A DNA stretch of 64,000 nucleotides from assembly GCF_006345805.1 (NCBI RefSeq), contig NC_042999.1, positions 115,816,001-115,880,000 of the forward strand. Reading direction: 5' to 3'. The notes below the pieces were generated by a model that saw nothing but the letters and a program-made list of their open reading frames with translations, ran no database searches and was not told where the DNA came from. Source of the DNA: Octopus sinensis (lineage: Eukaryota). The position numbers were made by a program, and so were the translations under genes. This document shows, piece by piece, positions 25,111 to 38,818 of the stretch (position 1 is the stretch's first letter; every line of letters starts with the position of its first letter).

Positions 25111-25739
25111 CAGGTTGTTTGATGAAGTTGTACATAAGTGCTTGTCTGTACCACATATAATGTTCAGTTCTAACATCTGCCATATTTATACTGAATCGAA
25201 AACATCCTTAAGACAATTACAAGATACTGGGTTTGTCGAATATGTATTACATACATACGTAATGCATGCATCCATGTACACATACACACAGATGCACGTA
25301 TAATATTTATCCCCAACACAGTGTGTATTATAAAGCTAAAATAAATTAATGCGGTTAAATTCACTTCAGTTTTTAAGTCTTTTCGATGTGGAACAATAAA
25401 CACGTGTAAATACATACTGGTATTCTCCTCGTACACAGAAATAGAAAGGGTATTGTCCGGACATGTTTCAGTAAGTCATTGACCATTGATCACAGGACAA
25501 GTACTCCTTCACTTTTCTTCAGTGACAAAAACCAGCAAATAGCTATCTAAATAAAACATACAAGAGAACACAGCTATAACCGTTAGAGTGCCTTGTTGAT
25601 GGCATGATTGAATAACTAATAAACATTTATGGACAGTACAGTCCATATCAAGAAGACCAACTTAATTTTAAAGGAATGAAAATTATTTTTCAATGCCGCT
25701 CTCTCCCCATTTCTCTCTCTCTCTCTCTCTCTCGGCATG

Positions 25740-26120
<381 letters not shown>

Positions 26121-26142
26121 TAGGCTGTGTGGAGCCTATATA

Positions 26143-26545
26143 TAGGGAGTGGCTGTGTGGTAAGTAGCTTGCCTATCAACCAGATGGTTCCGAGTTCAGT
26201 CCTACTGCGTGGCACCTTTGGCAAGTGTCTTCTGCAATAGCCTCGGTCTGACCAAAGCCTTGTGAGTGGATTTGGTAGAGGGAAACTGAAAGAAGCCCGT
26301 CGCATATGTATATATATATGTGTGTGCGTGAGTGTGTTTGTGTATATTTGTGTCTCAGTCTTTGTCCCATCACCATCGCTTGACAACCGATGTTGGTGTG
26401 TTCACGTCCCCGTAACTTAGCGGTTCGGCAAAAGAGACCGATAGAATAAGTACTAGGCTTACAAAGAATAAGTCCTGGGGTCGATTTGTTCGACTAAAGG
26501 CAGTGCTCCAGCATGGCCGAAGTCAAATGACTGAAACAAATAAAA
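26143..26545 (+). mobile_element. SINE family A, near full length (tRNA head, central domain, internal TA/TG repeat, conserved tail)
   Basis: GGAGTGGCTGTGTGGTAAG..GAGTTCAGTCC..CCTTTGGCAAGTGTCTTC..GGCAGTGCTCCAGCATGGCCG. Confidence 0.9.
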
Positions 26546-26626
26546 AATATAACAATATATATATATATGTATATATAACAAAGGCGGCTATACGCAATAT
26601 AAAACCAAAAAGGAAAATTTCAACTA

Positions 26627-26740
26627 TCACTAATTGTGACTGAGGGTGCAGAGTGGCATCTACATTGCTAGAAAGGTTCTAAAGGTTTTCAAACTCTTAT
26701 TTCTAGCAATGTACTCTGCACCCTCAATCACAATTAGTGA
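26627..26740. repeat. 114-bp foldback (MITE-like) with ~41-bp arms
   Basis: TCACTAATTGTGACTGAGGGTGCAGAG..TACATTGCTAGAAA versus TTTCTAGCAATGTACTCTGCACCCTCAATCACAATTAGTGA. Confidence 0.8.
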
Positions 26741-27759
26741 CAATTGAATATACATACATAAATATATACATACATACAAACACCATATATAGAATCCCAT
26801 ATATAGAATCAAATACATACATACAAATCCCATATATAGAATCACAAGACCTTAAACCTCAGATCTGTTTGACAACGAATGCGAGAAAATTCTCCAAAGA
26901 AATTAACATGAACATTTCTTTTAAAAAAATTCTCCACACGCAAGTTAACAAAGAACTATGAACTAAAATTTATATTATTTATATTAATTATATTATTAAA
27001 AAATTAAAAAATAATAAATTAAATTGATTAGAACTACCAGTGAAATCATTCTTTTTCTTTTTTCAAATACACACACACACACACACAAGGTAAATAATTC
27101 CTTCAAAGAGGTGTGTAAAACATCCAATTCACTGGTATGTTGGTTGAATACCGCATAAATAGGGGTATAATGCAAATTACAAACAAATCAAATAGAGCGA
27201 TTCAGTGGGTAATATGGTAATATAGATTGTAGTTATTGTAGCTCTAAGTTTCTCTTCATTACAGATTTTTCCCTCCGATAAACCAAGTAAATAAAAAACC
27301 ATTGTTTGTTAAACTTCTCTTCATATTTATTATGGAATTATCCCTCCGATAAATAATTTGTTTTATCAATAACTTTAGATAAAAGAGGAGTTGTTATATA
27401 TTACCAATATAATACTATATTATCATTTATATTTCTTTAAATATTTTATTACACTCTCTAAATTAAGTAAGACCCTGTTACTTAATTTATACACTAATAT
27501 ATTGTTGTTGTATGTTATTATAATAGCCAAAGATTGCCTTCGACCTAATCGAATTTGGATTAATATTATGTGAGATATATAGAAGTATATTTCGATGGTT
27601 ATAGATTCTATTTACTTAAGTATTTTGTCAGTTATACTTTTTTTTATTGTAATTGTTATGTAGTTGAAAAGTTAACGCTCACGCTCATAATACATAGGCA
27701 TTTGAATTAATTTTTTTTACAATACAATCGTCCTTTCACGTGGAATTTCGTCTGTCTTT

Positions 27760-27857
27760 AGACCAAAGCTCTGAAGAGACTTATATCAATGAATATGAAT
27801 TGTTTATAAATCAAATAATGTATATAAGTCGAAACAAATTGTTGGCTCTTTTGGTTT
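27760..27857 (+). ncRNA. Type I hammerhead ribozyme with extended stems I and II
   Basis: AGACCAA-AGCT / GGCT-(CTT)-TTGGTTT stem I; core CTGAAGA 27771-27777; GACTTATAT/ATATAAGTC stem II; GAAAC 27831-35; ACAAATTGT stem III; GUU cleavage triplet at 27841-43. Confidence 0.85.
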
Positions 27858-27961
27858 TATAATGATTTTTTATGTTAACTTATATTATATTCATAGTATA
27901 TTATATATAATGTAGATAAATATTGGATTGTCAATTGAATCTATTTAATTTATGATATATA

Positions 27962-28022
<61 letters not shown>

Positions 28023-28899
28023 TGTTGTAGAGGAGACCCCGAGTGAGAGAAGTGGGGTGTTCCACTACAAATAAATGGTGGACTGATGGACAGACACAAC
28101 GCGTGGTGTCAGTTGGCGAGGAATTATGGTGATATCTGTACTCCATTTTTTGCTTCTTATACATGTATCTGTGTGTTTGTGTATACATACATATGCACAT
28201 GTACATATACATGCAAAAATACACAGATACACATATTTATCCTATTACAGAATATGCCTCTCCTCAATCGCCATTTAAAACTAATATATCTTAGCCCCGT
28301 AGAATAGTTAACTTATCAAGACATTGTAATACCTTAATCTATCCACACACGCACAGACCAGCAAGAATATTCGCATACCAGCTTTCACTAAACACCATCA
28401 CAGTTTAGTCGTCTAACAATTCTTTTCTTATTATAAATTATTATAAATTCATTCTTTTATTTAATATTTTGCATTATATTTTATGTTCTATATTTTACTT
28501 CTTAATTTTAGCGTATATTCACATACATTCTTCTCTCCACTTTATTGAATAATATTCTACAATTTCCTTGTAGTTGTTTTTTTTTTAATTTTCACATTTA
28601 TTTAAATAGTATTAACAGTTTTCTTACCATGACAAACAGATGTGCATATTTTCTATATCCTTTTTAATAGAACGAAACAATATTTCCTTAACCTTAACGA
28701 TCATCCTTAAGTTACACTTATATCTTAATCAATCTATTTCATTAAATGACAACATCATATATATTCCGTCTTTTATATTTCACTACCTTAAATAATATCC
28801 AATATCGCTTCACACAATATACAACAAAATATCTAAAATTATTGGCTATTATTACTTTGCAAGGCATCGTTTAACTTTGACTTTCTCAGTAATATGAAA

Positions 28900-29240
28900 G
28901 AAATTGTTGTATACAGTGCTCAGGTGCGCTACAACTAAGAAGAAAAAAAACGCCATCAGATGTACTGTTGGCGGATTTTTCGAAGCATGGTAGTTTTGAA
29001 GGCTGTAGTATCTGGACAGTTAACGACTGATACGGGTAGTTTATCCCATGCTTCAATAATTCAGTGCGTCAAAGTATGTTTCTGAAAGTTACGGGCGTTG
29101 TGTTGTTTTGATTTTGTGAGCATGTCCACGAATGTTTGACATATGGAATTCAAAAAGGTGCCCAATGTTGTTGGAAAGTCTCTTTCCACAGCAGTTCTCA
29201 GATTTGTGATATTTTATTGTATAATTTATCTCTTCTTCAA
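28900..29240 (-). mobile_element. CR1-type LINE 3' end
   Basis: Minus strand RGHAHKI..NFQKH..IIEAWDKLPVSVVNCPDTTAFK, the typical CR1 ORF2 C-terminus. Confidence 0.75.
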
Positions 29241-29307
29241 AACAATTCTTTTTAATATGTAGTTCTTTATAAGAAAATAATCATAAAATCTCATTTTCAC
29301 TATTTAA

Positions 29308-29480
29308 TACAGGCGCAGAAGTGGCTGTATGATAAGAAGCTTGCTTCCCAAGCAGATGGTTCCGGGTTCAGTCCGACTGCGTGGCACCTTGGGTAAGTGT
29401 TTTGAACTATAGCCTCGGGCCGACCAAAGCCTTGTGAGTGGATTTGGTAGACGGAAACTGAAAGAAGCCTGTCGTATATA
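29308..29480 (+). mobile_element. SINE family A, 5' part
   Basis: Matches 26143-26310. Confidence 0.85.
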
Positions 29481-29567
29481 CATATATTTCCTTTCCTGAG
29501 CCTCCAATAACACTATACTTGTTCCACGTCCTCGCATTGTGTTTTCTCTTTGTTCATGTTTGGATTA

Positions 29568-29686
<119 letters not shown>

Positions 29687-29849
29687 GGTGAGAAAGTTGG
29701 TGTGTGAACGTTGGTGGTTGAATATATAGAAAATAGTAAAAAGTGAAAAAACTACAGAAGGCTTGTTTTAAAAGGTTAAAAAATATATATTTGAGTCAAT
29801 ATGTCTGAAGAATGTTATAAATTTTTTCCATACAATGACGTAGTTTTTG

Positions 29850-29889
29850 AAGAAATGACCGGTTTCGCGTTCAGCTTTTCAAATTTCTT
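29850..29889 (-). ncRNA. Minimal type I hammerhead ribozyme with U3:A8 core
   Basis: Minus strand AAGAAAT-TTGAAAA-GC(TGAAC)GC-GAA-ACCGGT-C-ATTTCTT: perfect 7-bp stem I, palindromic stem III, GUC site. Confidence 0.85.
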
Positions 29890-30279
29890 ACATCGTTATG
29901 TTTACGTTGAGAAGAGTTATCGTTATGTTTACGTTGAGAAGAATTCCAGATAAGGGGACAGACAGACAGACAGACAAACAGTTAGATATGCATATATCCA
30001 TGCATACATACACACATGCATGCATACATGCATACACACATACATACATAAATACATGCTTGCATGCGCACATGCATACATGCATACAAACAATCTTACG
30101 ATCATGTGTCCAACATCCTAACCACTAAGCCACGCGCCTCCACGCTACTTCCTTTTCAATATCAATGATATTCCCCGTGTTGTGATTCCAATGTCTCTCC
30201 TAATTTACTTGGATACTACATTAAATAACCTTGTCTGATCCATCATCTTATCCTGCAGTTCATTTTTGTATTTTGCTAA

Positions 30280-30562
30280 ATAAACCATTTTGTATGTATG
30301 TATGTATGTATGTATGTATGTATGCATGTATGTATGTATGTATGTGTGTATGTATGTGTACGTACGTATGTATGTATATATGTTTGTATGCATGGGCGCA
30401 TGCAAGCATGTATTTATGTATGTATGTGTGTATACATGTATGCATGCATGTGTGTATGTATGTATGAACATATGCATATCCAACTGTTTGTCTGTCTGTC
30501 TAAATATCTATCTGCTATACATACATACATACATACATACATACATTATATATATATATATA
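30280..30562. repeat. (TATG)n/(TACA)n microsatellite complex
   Basis: Direct reading. Confidence 0.9.
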
Positions 30563-32392
30563 TAGTTAAAATTTATAGAAAAACAAAAGACGAAGACAGG
30601 TGTATGAACAACAACACACGCACACACACACACATGTATTTACGTATGATTTAATATATAATACAATACATTATGATATAACGTAATATTTTGTCATATT
30701 ATATCATATTATATTAAATATATTCGTAAAGTCACTGGATGCTTTTACGGCCTCTTTTAAAAATTTGCGTCTTCTTATCGCACTCTATGGGTATGCATGA
30801 CTTTTTTCGAGGGAATAATACTTGAGAAAAAAATTGAAAGAAACCGCTTTATATTCAATCATATTCGAAACGTACAGATCAATTATTAACTCATACAACC
30901 TTAAAGTTTATCATAAATAGTGTAATAATCTTTAAATGTCCTTTTTATGAACAGAAAAAAAAAATTTGAATCCTTCGTGCGTTAAAGAAAAAATGTCCAT
31001 CTAGTTATTGTTAAGTATCAGGCTTATACTGTTTTACAAAACCTATGAAACAAAGCTATTGCAGCTATGAACAGCCGATTTATTGTTACCTATTATTGCA
31101 TTTTAGTATGTTCTTTTAGATTGCTATAATTTAGAGGAGATTTGATAGTTATTTCAAGCAGGTTGAGCGACCACGTAGAGTCTCTCTTTTCTCGCATTCG
31201 TCTAAAATATTGTCGGTGTCTGTACTCTAGCCACTACACATAGCTCAAGTTCGGAACTGAAGTCCAAGTCGAGTGGTAATGCATCAAAAACGAATGGTGG
31301 ATCCTAAAGCCTGGCTCTAGAAGCTTACCACTAGCTCTGCAGTGTGAGCAATGCACTGTTAAAGATAAGAATCTCTCACATTGGCTTCAATGCTACAAGT
31401 TGTTGTTACGCCATAAATCATTATATGATCAAAAGCGTCGCAGTGGTGGCTATGCAGCCTTTTTTTCAGGCATTGCGTATCTAATAATCACATCATCTAA
31501 TGTAATATTTTAGATATAATCTTCGTAAAATGGTAGGATAATTTGAATGTAAGTTGGTTGCTTTTTCTAACAGATCGAGCGTGTACATAAAAGCTCTTTG
31601 AATGGTTCATAAAAATTACAGTCTTACAGAGGACTGAGTCAACGACAGCTCAGACTTTGCTATTTCCTCGAACCTGGGAGCATGAAATCCGTTCTGATTG
31701 GGTTTCAATTCAGAACCTAGCGGATGTAAGTAGACAAACATAGCTGGTTAGTTTACGTGACAATCTACATATTGTTCCCACCAACACAGCCCTTTCGCAC
31801 AGGTTAAAAGACAACGTTAGTTAGTAATGATTAAGTGGATTCGATTCAGACCAACCTTTTTCGGCATTGCCAATGCAGCTAATCTTTATCTGAGCTTTTT
31901 TTTTATGTCTCTCATGTGCACGATTTTTTTTTACTTATTAATTTGGTGTCGCTTTCATATCAAAAATTTCAATTTATGAGACGACAAACATATACTGTTC
32001 ATTTTGATACGCTTTAAGATTTTTAAATGGGGAACTATGTTCATCATCATCATTATCATGTGTGTTTGTGTGTGTATGCATGTATGTATGTACGTATGTA
32101 TGTATCTATGTATTGACTACAAGGTTATTGAATTTTACCTAAAAAAAACATTTACAACAGCAAACAAAATCAAATCAAAAGCAAAATAAAATAATGAAGA
32201 AAGAAAAATCTAGATGTAAGTAAAGATTATCGATTTATATATGTGATTAAACAAAAATACTAAAATGTTTAAAATTGTTTAAACATAAGGAAACCAATGT
32301 AATGTTGATTTGTTATGGGTAATAAAGCACAATCTTCGTTGGACCAGATCTGATTTCTATGTCGCCTAACTTATGTATTCGTCTTTGTAAAG

Positions 32393-32488
32393 AATTTCCT
32401 GAACAGTTTGTTGATTTATTTTCTTTGGAATCTAGAAATGTTGTGCTACCTAACGTTTCAAATGATATTATGCATATGGTTGCACCTG
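32393..32488 (+). CDS. Candidate coding exon (FPEQFVDLFSLESRNVVLPNVSNDIMHMVAP), product unknown
   Basis: AG at 32391-92, open frame, weak GTTATA donor; phase 1 end is compatible with one open frame of 34354-34439. Confidence 0.2.
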
Positions 32489-33437
32489 GTTATATGTCCT
32501 GCGAAATACATGATATTTGTATATTTTTGAAAGCAATTTAGATGTAAATATATAAATTAACACGTCATTAATTGAATATTTGAGATACCTTGTTCCAACT
32601 TATGCCGAGATATTTTTAATGTTTTATTTAAGATATTATCTTGTAGATTGCTGCAATTCACTTTCATACTAGGAGAACTTATACATTATCAGTCACATAT
32701 CTTTTGTTGAAAATGATAAACTTATCTGATACTGAGCGAAAATATGCATATGAACGTAGGTGTGCAAGTTTATCTAACTACTGTGTTTGTTTTCTCCAAA
32801 ATAACAAATGTGGGTGTCTACATATATTCTGCTTATTAATTATTAAGAAGTCTTTTACAAGCATTCGCAAGTTTGCATATATACCGTGTTTTCTTCCTCC
32901 ACTATTACAAATGAGTCTGTATATAGTGTTTATCAACTATTTTGTAAATCGTCTTTAGAAAACAATGTTCTTTAATGTTGCAAGACAACGATAAAGCTTG
33001 TATATTTCATAATAGGTTGGTGATTTGCAAACTGCCATTGCCATTGTGACGTGTTCGACTCCAAGAGATAGTTTCGATGCTCGATAAATACAAATTCGTA
33101 CTCGTATGAATAGCAGTAATCCCACACAATCTCATTATTTTGTAATAAATAAATTATATGCATTACGATTTACTGTCAAGAGCAGTAAGTATGCTTTTGG
33201 CAAGTTGAATTCGCGACATGGTTTCACTATTTTCTGGTAATGGTGTTCTGTAATATTTTCCTGTTCTTTGTATGAGCAATGAATAATCATGTATGTGTCA
33301 AAAGTTCAAATGATATTTCATTAGCTACTTGCAATATGTATATACATGAAATTATCGATTCTGTCGACTCGGGATTTGTACGGTCGACTTAATAGTGGTT
33401 GAGTGAAACCCTAGTTTTTATATCTGTTTATCTCATA

Positions 33438-33835
33438 CTAGCAGTATATCCCAGCGTTGCTCCGGCTTGTTTTCTTTTCGACCCTTTAGAATTGGAATTT
33501 TTGAAAAGTAAAAATGTTGCATTATGTAGCTTGTTATTCTCTTTAAGTGAACATTTTTCTGATTGAAATACACCGAAAAATGGCGACACAGCAGTCAGAA
33601 AATCGTAAAAAATAAGGTTTTTCATAGAAAAAAGCACCTTTTTGATATAAATAATTTTTGGTGTTAACATGGTTCGATTTGAATGTTTTCTTCTACGAAA
33701 GGAAGAGCAAGCCTTCTTCTATCATACTCTCTCAATTTTGGTCAACTTTCGCCGCAGGGTCTCGGAGGAGATAGTGTTAGTTGAAGGCTACCAAACCTGC
33801 CATACACAGACAACTTCAGCTTTATATATATAGAT
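33438..33835 (+). mobile_element. Non-autonomous Helitron/Helentron-like (HINE/DINE-1-like) element
   Basis: 5' CTAGCAG..CCCAGCGTTGCTCCGG hairpin; 3' ACAGACAACTTCAGCTTTATATATATAGAT. A similar 5' end lies on the minus strand at ~55005-55045. Confidence 0.6.
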
Positions 33836-34353
33836 AAGTTAACATGTAACAGACTCCAAGAACTTTCTATTCAAAAGAAAATTGATAGAATACTGAAGTG
33901 TTTTTATACCACAAAAGAAACTAAACCCGTACCTATGTGCATGTGTGTATGTGTGAGTGTGTGTGAGTATACATATACATTTATGATATTTTTCTGTGAT
34001 ATATACATATAATGTATATCTATGTATCTATCTTTTCTATGATTATATATTTGTGCTCCTGTGCCCCAAAATTGAGGTATTATTGATGCATACCGCATAG
34101 AACTTTTGTTATCTTACAACTTTTTATTATGTCCAAATTAACTCAGTTTCCCTTACAAAGGATAATAGGGGTTTAAATTTCGACCGTCAGATACACTCTT
34201 ATGTGCATTGATCAACTAAATACATCTGATGGAAAATTTGTTACGGGATCGCAACAAATATCAGTAATTTTTGTTACGACAGTGAATTAGTTTTTTTTAT
34301 TCACCACTGTGATATATATAACTGCACTGTGTATTTCATTATTTTACAAATAG

Positions 34354-34439
34354 GTGGTCTGTTTATGAGGTATCTTTTGAACTGGATAAGAAGCCCGTCT
34401 ATAATAGCTTTTACCAATTTTACAATGAAACTCAACGTT
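34354..34439 (+). CDS. Candidate internal exon, product unknown
   Basis: Acceptor TTATTTTACAAATAG and canonical donor GTAAGT. Two frames are open (WSVYEVSFELDKKPVYNSFYQFYNETQR or GLFMRYLLNWIRSPSIIAFTNFTMKLNV). Confidence 0.35.
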
Positions 34440-35563
34440 GTAAGTTAATGAAATATTAATCAAAAAGTAATTAGCGAATTCTCTTTCAACATAATTATTA
34501 CAAAAGAATTCCAGTGCTAAGATTAGTAAGCTGCGCTGCCTCATAATGTCTTTTGGGGAACCAAGTGATTTGGCTATTGGAATATATGTGTCTGTGTCAT
34601 AAACACGTTCATGAAAAACGTCTAGGTACAAAATGTCGGCACTTCACCTAAAAGGCCGACATCAAAACGACTATTATACATGCACACACACACACACACA
34701 CACACATACATATATATGCATGCATGCACATATATTCAGTGTGTGTGCCTGCACGTTCAATCTTAGTTTCCCTGGATTCAAGAATTTGGGTTAAATTATT
34801 ATGGCTTCTTTTCAATCTGTACCAAAATCGCCTATTGTATAGGAGAGAGAAATGTATCATTCATAATTTTCTTCAAAAGCGTTTATGGCATATGTAATGC
34901 AAAATAGTTGCTAGCAAGAATCGAAACATCATAGTGGTTTGGACTTGACAGAAACCTTCTTCCTGTTGTACAGTATACACCATTAGATGTTTAATAAGTT
35001 GTACAGTATACACATTAGATGTTTAAACAAGCTAACCACACTTTCAGTATAATTTTATAGCATTTTATAGTCATAACACCAAGTCATTCCACTTTTATTA
35101 ATTGAAGTGTATCTCTCCACTTGTTATTTCTTAGCAAGCCCTATTTCTCTCTGCCTCTTAAACTAAAAACAGCCTGTTGGTGGCAGCAGCGGAGGTCGCC
35201 AGTCAAACTACAAATTTAATCTTTTAGGAAAATCGCCAATAAAAGACTATTTGAACATCTATGCTAATAATATAGCAAGACTTTGCTCACACATGGTATC
35301 AGAACTGATTGTCATTTGAAATAGATTCCTTAGATATTTATGATATTTCAACTTTTCCCTCGTCTTTTTATAACTCTAAATTAAATAATTTACTCTGTCA
35401 CTCTCTAAATATATATGCCAGCATTATAGAGAAATGGACGAATAGAAAAATTACTCTCCTTTTTTTATTTCAAGTTCGTTTAAAAGTTGCTTTTAAAAAT
35501 TATTTTTGCCTCTGACAAAGTATTTGTCAAAAATAGATGAGCAAGAAAAGATAAGTGGTACAT

Positions 35564-35662
<99 letters not shown>

Positions 35663-36510
35663 ATATATATACATTTTGTTAATATCAAAACTACAATAAA
35701 ATATAGAAAATTATCCTTAAAACGTTAGCTAAGTCATCAATCTGAATAATTTCCCATTGAAACATTATTTCATTAATTAAAGTTTCAATGGCAAAGATTT
35801 TAAGATGTAGCTTTTAACCATGTTGATAACATCTTGAAGCTTTACAGATTAACTCACCGTTTCTCTGAAGGCAGGGAGATACAGAGAAACACTTAAGTGC
35901 TAGAGATGTCAAGTGAAGCTTAGATTGGATTGGATTTCTAAATTATTGAGATATGTCACTCATCTGTCACATTGAAAATATGGCTTCAGAACAGTAAAGT
36001 TTGTAACTAAATGAAATAACATCAGAAACCTGATAGCAAAATGATGAAGCTGCAAAGTTTTAGCAAATTAATTAAAGAGAAAAGACATATTTAAAATGGA
36101 TATTCAACAAATTGTGAAAATAATTGTTTCTCAGTATTTTGAATTATATCAAACTATCTATCTTAAATAGCACTGAGTAAACAAACTATTGTTTCGTACA
36201 GAAGTTTATCATAGTAGAATAGTCGGATACTGGGAATGAGAGCTTAAAGTCGGGTCATATGCCTAAATAAACTGTTTTGTGCTGTTATTATACATGAGTT
36301 TGTAAGCAGTTATCATAATTATTTTTTTCATACAGTGAGCACAAAACTAATTCTTCTTGAGGTTTGAATTTCAACTCCATATATGAAAGTTATATGACTG
36401 GCGTCATTACTTCAACGCTAAAAGTAGTGTTGACTTCTCGGTTTCCATTTTATTTACGTGTAATCTTGCCCAATGCCTAATAGATGTATAGTAAACAAAG
36501 TAGAAAACAA

Positions 36511-36559
36511 ATGGCTTTTATCATAAGGTTACGTACTGTAACCTTATGATAAAAACCAT
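36511..36559. repeat. Near-perfect palindrome (22-bp arms, 5-nt loop)
   Basis: ATGG-C-TTTTATCATAAGGTTAC gtact GTAACCTTATGATAAAA-A-CCAT. Confidence 0.9.
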
Positions 36560-36807
36560 GACATCGTTAGTCGAGATGCTAACTCTTTCGTTACTATATT
36601 TATTTTGAGATGCTCTAAAATGCGACTAAGGTTTAGTGGAAGATTTTAATTCAAAACTTATGGAATCAAGACATTTGTACTCAGAGCCAGAGCCGGTTTC
36701 AGCCGGGTTGTCGATGAAAGAGTTCAGTAAAAGACATTTAAGATTTAGATACTACTTTCAGTATATGTGTAAACTATATTATGAAATGCAAATAGCTATT
36801 GTATTTA

Positions 36808-36854
<47 letters not shown>

Positions 36855-36859
36855 TCATT

Positions 36860-37250
36860 TATTCTTTTACTTGCTTCAGTCATTTGACTGCGGCCATGCT
36901 GGAGCACCGCTTTGAAGGATATTTAGTCGGATAAATCGACCCCAGGACTTATTTCTTAAGCCTAATGCAAATTCTATCGATGTCTTTTGCCGAACCGCTA
37001 TGTTACGGGGGGGGGCGTAAATACTCCAACACCGGCCATCAAACGGTGATAGGGACACACAAATACACACTCACACATACAGATATAGATATACGACGGG
37101 TATCTTTCAGTTTCCGTCTACCAAATCCACTCACAAGGCTTTAGTTTGTCCGGGGCAATAGTAGATGATACTTGGCCAAGGTGCCATGCAATGGGACTAA
37201 ACCCGTAACCATGTGGTTGAGAAGCAAGCTTCTTACCACACAGCCGTGTG
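36860..37250 (-). mobile_element. SINE family A, near full length
   Basis: Reverse complement of 26143-26545. Confidence 0.9.
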
Positions 37251-38008
37251 CGTGGTTGGTAGTTCTAATTGATAATTAATAGAACATTGCAAATATTAGT
37301 GTTACATATCATGTAGGAAGTTGGTACAAACAATGAATCAAATATCTAAATATTTTACCGCATTTCATTTCATCTTTCCTAACGATTTATGCTACAACTT
37401 TTATTGGTATAGATTAAATAAATATCATTATGAATGCAGAACTCGAGCATCACCTTGACAGTGATGGCTTAAACAAACTGAAAACGATATAAAATAAATA
37501 TAAGTAACAAAGTGGCCTTGTGTTTGGTACAAATAAATCAGTTTTACTTTTAACTGCATTTAAGTTGAACTGTGTTGGAGTTGAAAAAAAACTGTATGGC
37601 GCCAACAAATTTTAGTTGACTTTATGAGAATAAAACAATGTTAAATTTAATAGAAATATATGAAAATGAAAATTGAGTATTCAACAAGTTTCTAAAAATT
37701 AAACACATATTTGCAGATTATTTTTCCATAATTCAACGACTATGCTTTATTTGTTTTCGTGAGTGAAATCAAATAGTGTTGTTTTAATTAGTCTGTGGTT
37801 CTTGTAATTGATTTTAGAATTCCTAGAATATGGCTTTACCTCCGTGATAGAATTGTACTTAAACATTTTTATTGTTGAATGAAATTATACTGTTTACTTC
37901 AATCATTGGAGAATGCCATGGACTCTAGTTAGGATTCTGACAAACCAAGTTTGCATCAGAGTTTCGACTCAATATATTGCCATTTGACCTTACTTTCCTC
38001 ACTAATAG

Positions 38009-38120
38009 CTTTCGGAAAGATATGAACGTCTCAACGTACAATATTGAATCATTTAAAGATATTCAAGAAATAATAGACTGTCTGGCCTCTCGTGCTCTCT
38101 TGGCCCATAGCAAAAACTGA
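38009..38120 (+). CDS. Candidate terminal exon (FRKDMNVSTYNIESFKDIQEIIDCLASRALLAHSKN*), product unknown
   Basis: Polypyrimidine acceptor CCTTACTTTCCTCACTAATAG; open frame to TGA at 38118-20. Confidence 0.25.
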
Positions 38121-38818
38121 ACCCATCAGTTCAGGTTGACAAAATGTCCATGAATTACACAAGGTTTTTTTAAAGAAAAAAGTCCAAGATTCCAAAGCCT
38201 TGTGAGTGGATTTTGTAGACAGAAACTGAAAGAAACCTGTCGTATATATATATGTATATGCTTGTGTGTCATTTAGTTTTTTTCATTATTTTGAGTTATC
38301 TTACATAGTACTGAGTAAACGAACTGTTGTTTAATACAAAGTTTATCATGGTAGAATAGCTGGGTATGCGATGGAAGTAAATCTATGATTAGTTAGCAAG
38401 ATTTAACTGTTTTGTATAATTAACCATAACACTGTGCAATGTAATTGTCAGAATGCGAACCCTTTACCTGTCAGCTGGCGTACTGAACACGTTATCTACT
38501 TGAACATCTGCAGTTTTCGCTTTATTTAAATATTTATTCATTCTATTTATTACTGGTGTTATTGCTAGGATTATGGAAATGCTAGTGCATTACTTTGTAG
38601 GGTGCAGTCGATTGATCGACACCACCACTTCTATCACTAGTACTTAGTTTTCATCAATTGGTATTTATTTCATTGACTTTGGAAGCATGAAATTAATTTA
38701 TTTTGAAATTTCTCTTTTCAAGTAAGTCCATTTGATATAATGAATTTCATCGAGCAGTCAATACTTGTTCTCTACTCAACGCTATTTAAAACATCGCATG
38801 GTCACAACTTTCTGTTAC

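Noticed and set aside
27459-27489. 12-bp AT-rich inverted repeat
   Set aside because: Low-complexity context; expected by chance.
30830-30885. TTGAAAG...TTCGAAACGTAC resembling a hammerhead
   Set aside because: The core is one base short and stem I does not flank the site correctly.
31231-31310. Short frame TTHSSSSELKSKSSGNASKTNGGS* after an AG
   Set aside because: Too short and low-complexity to support as an exon.
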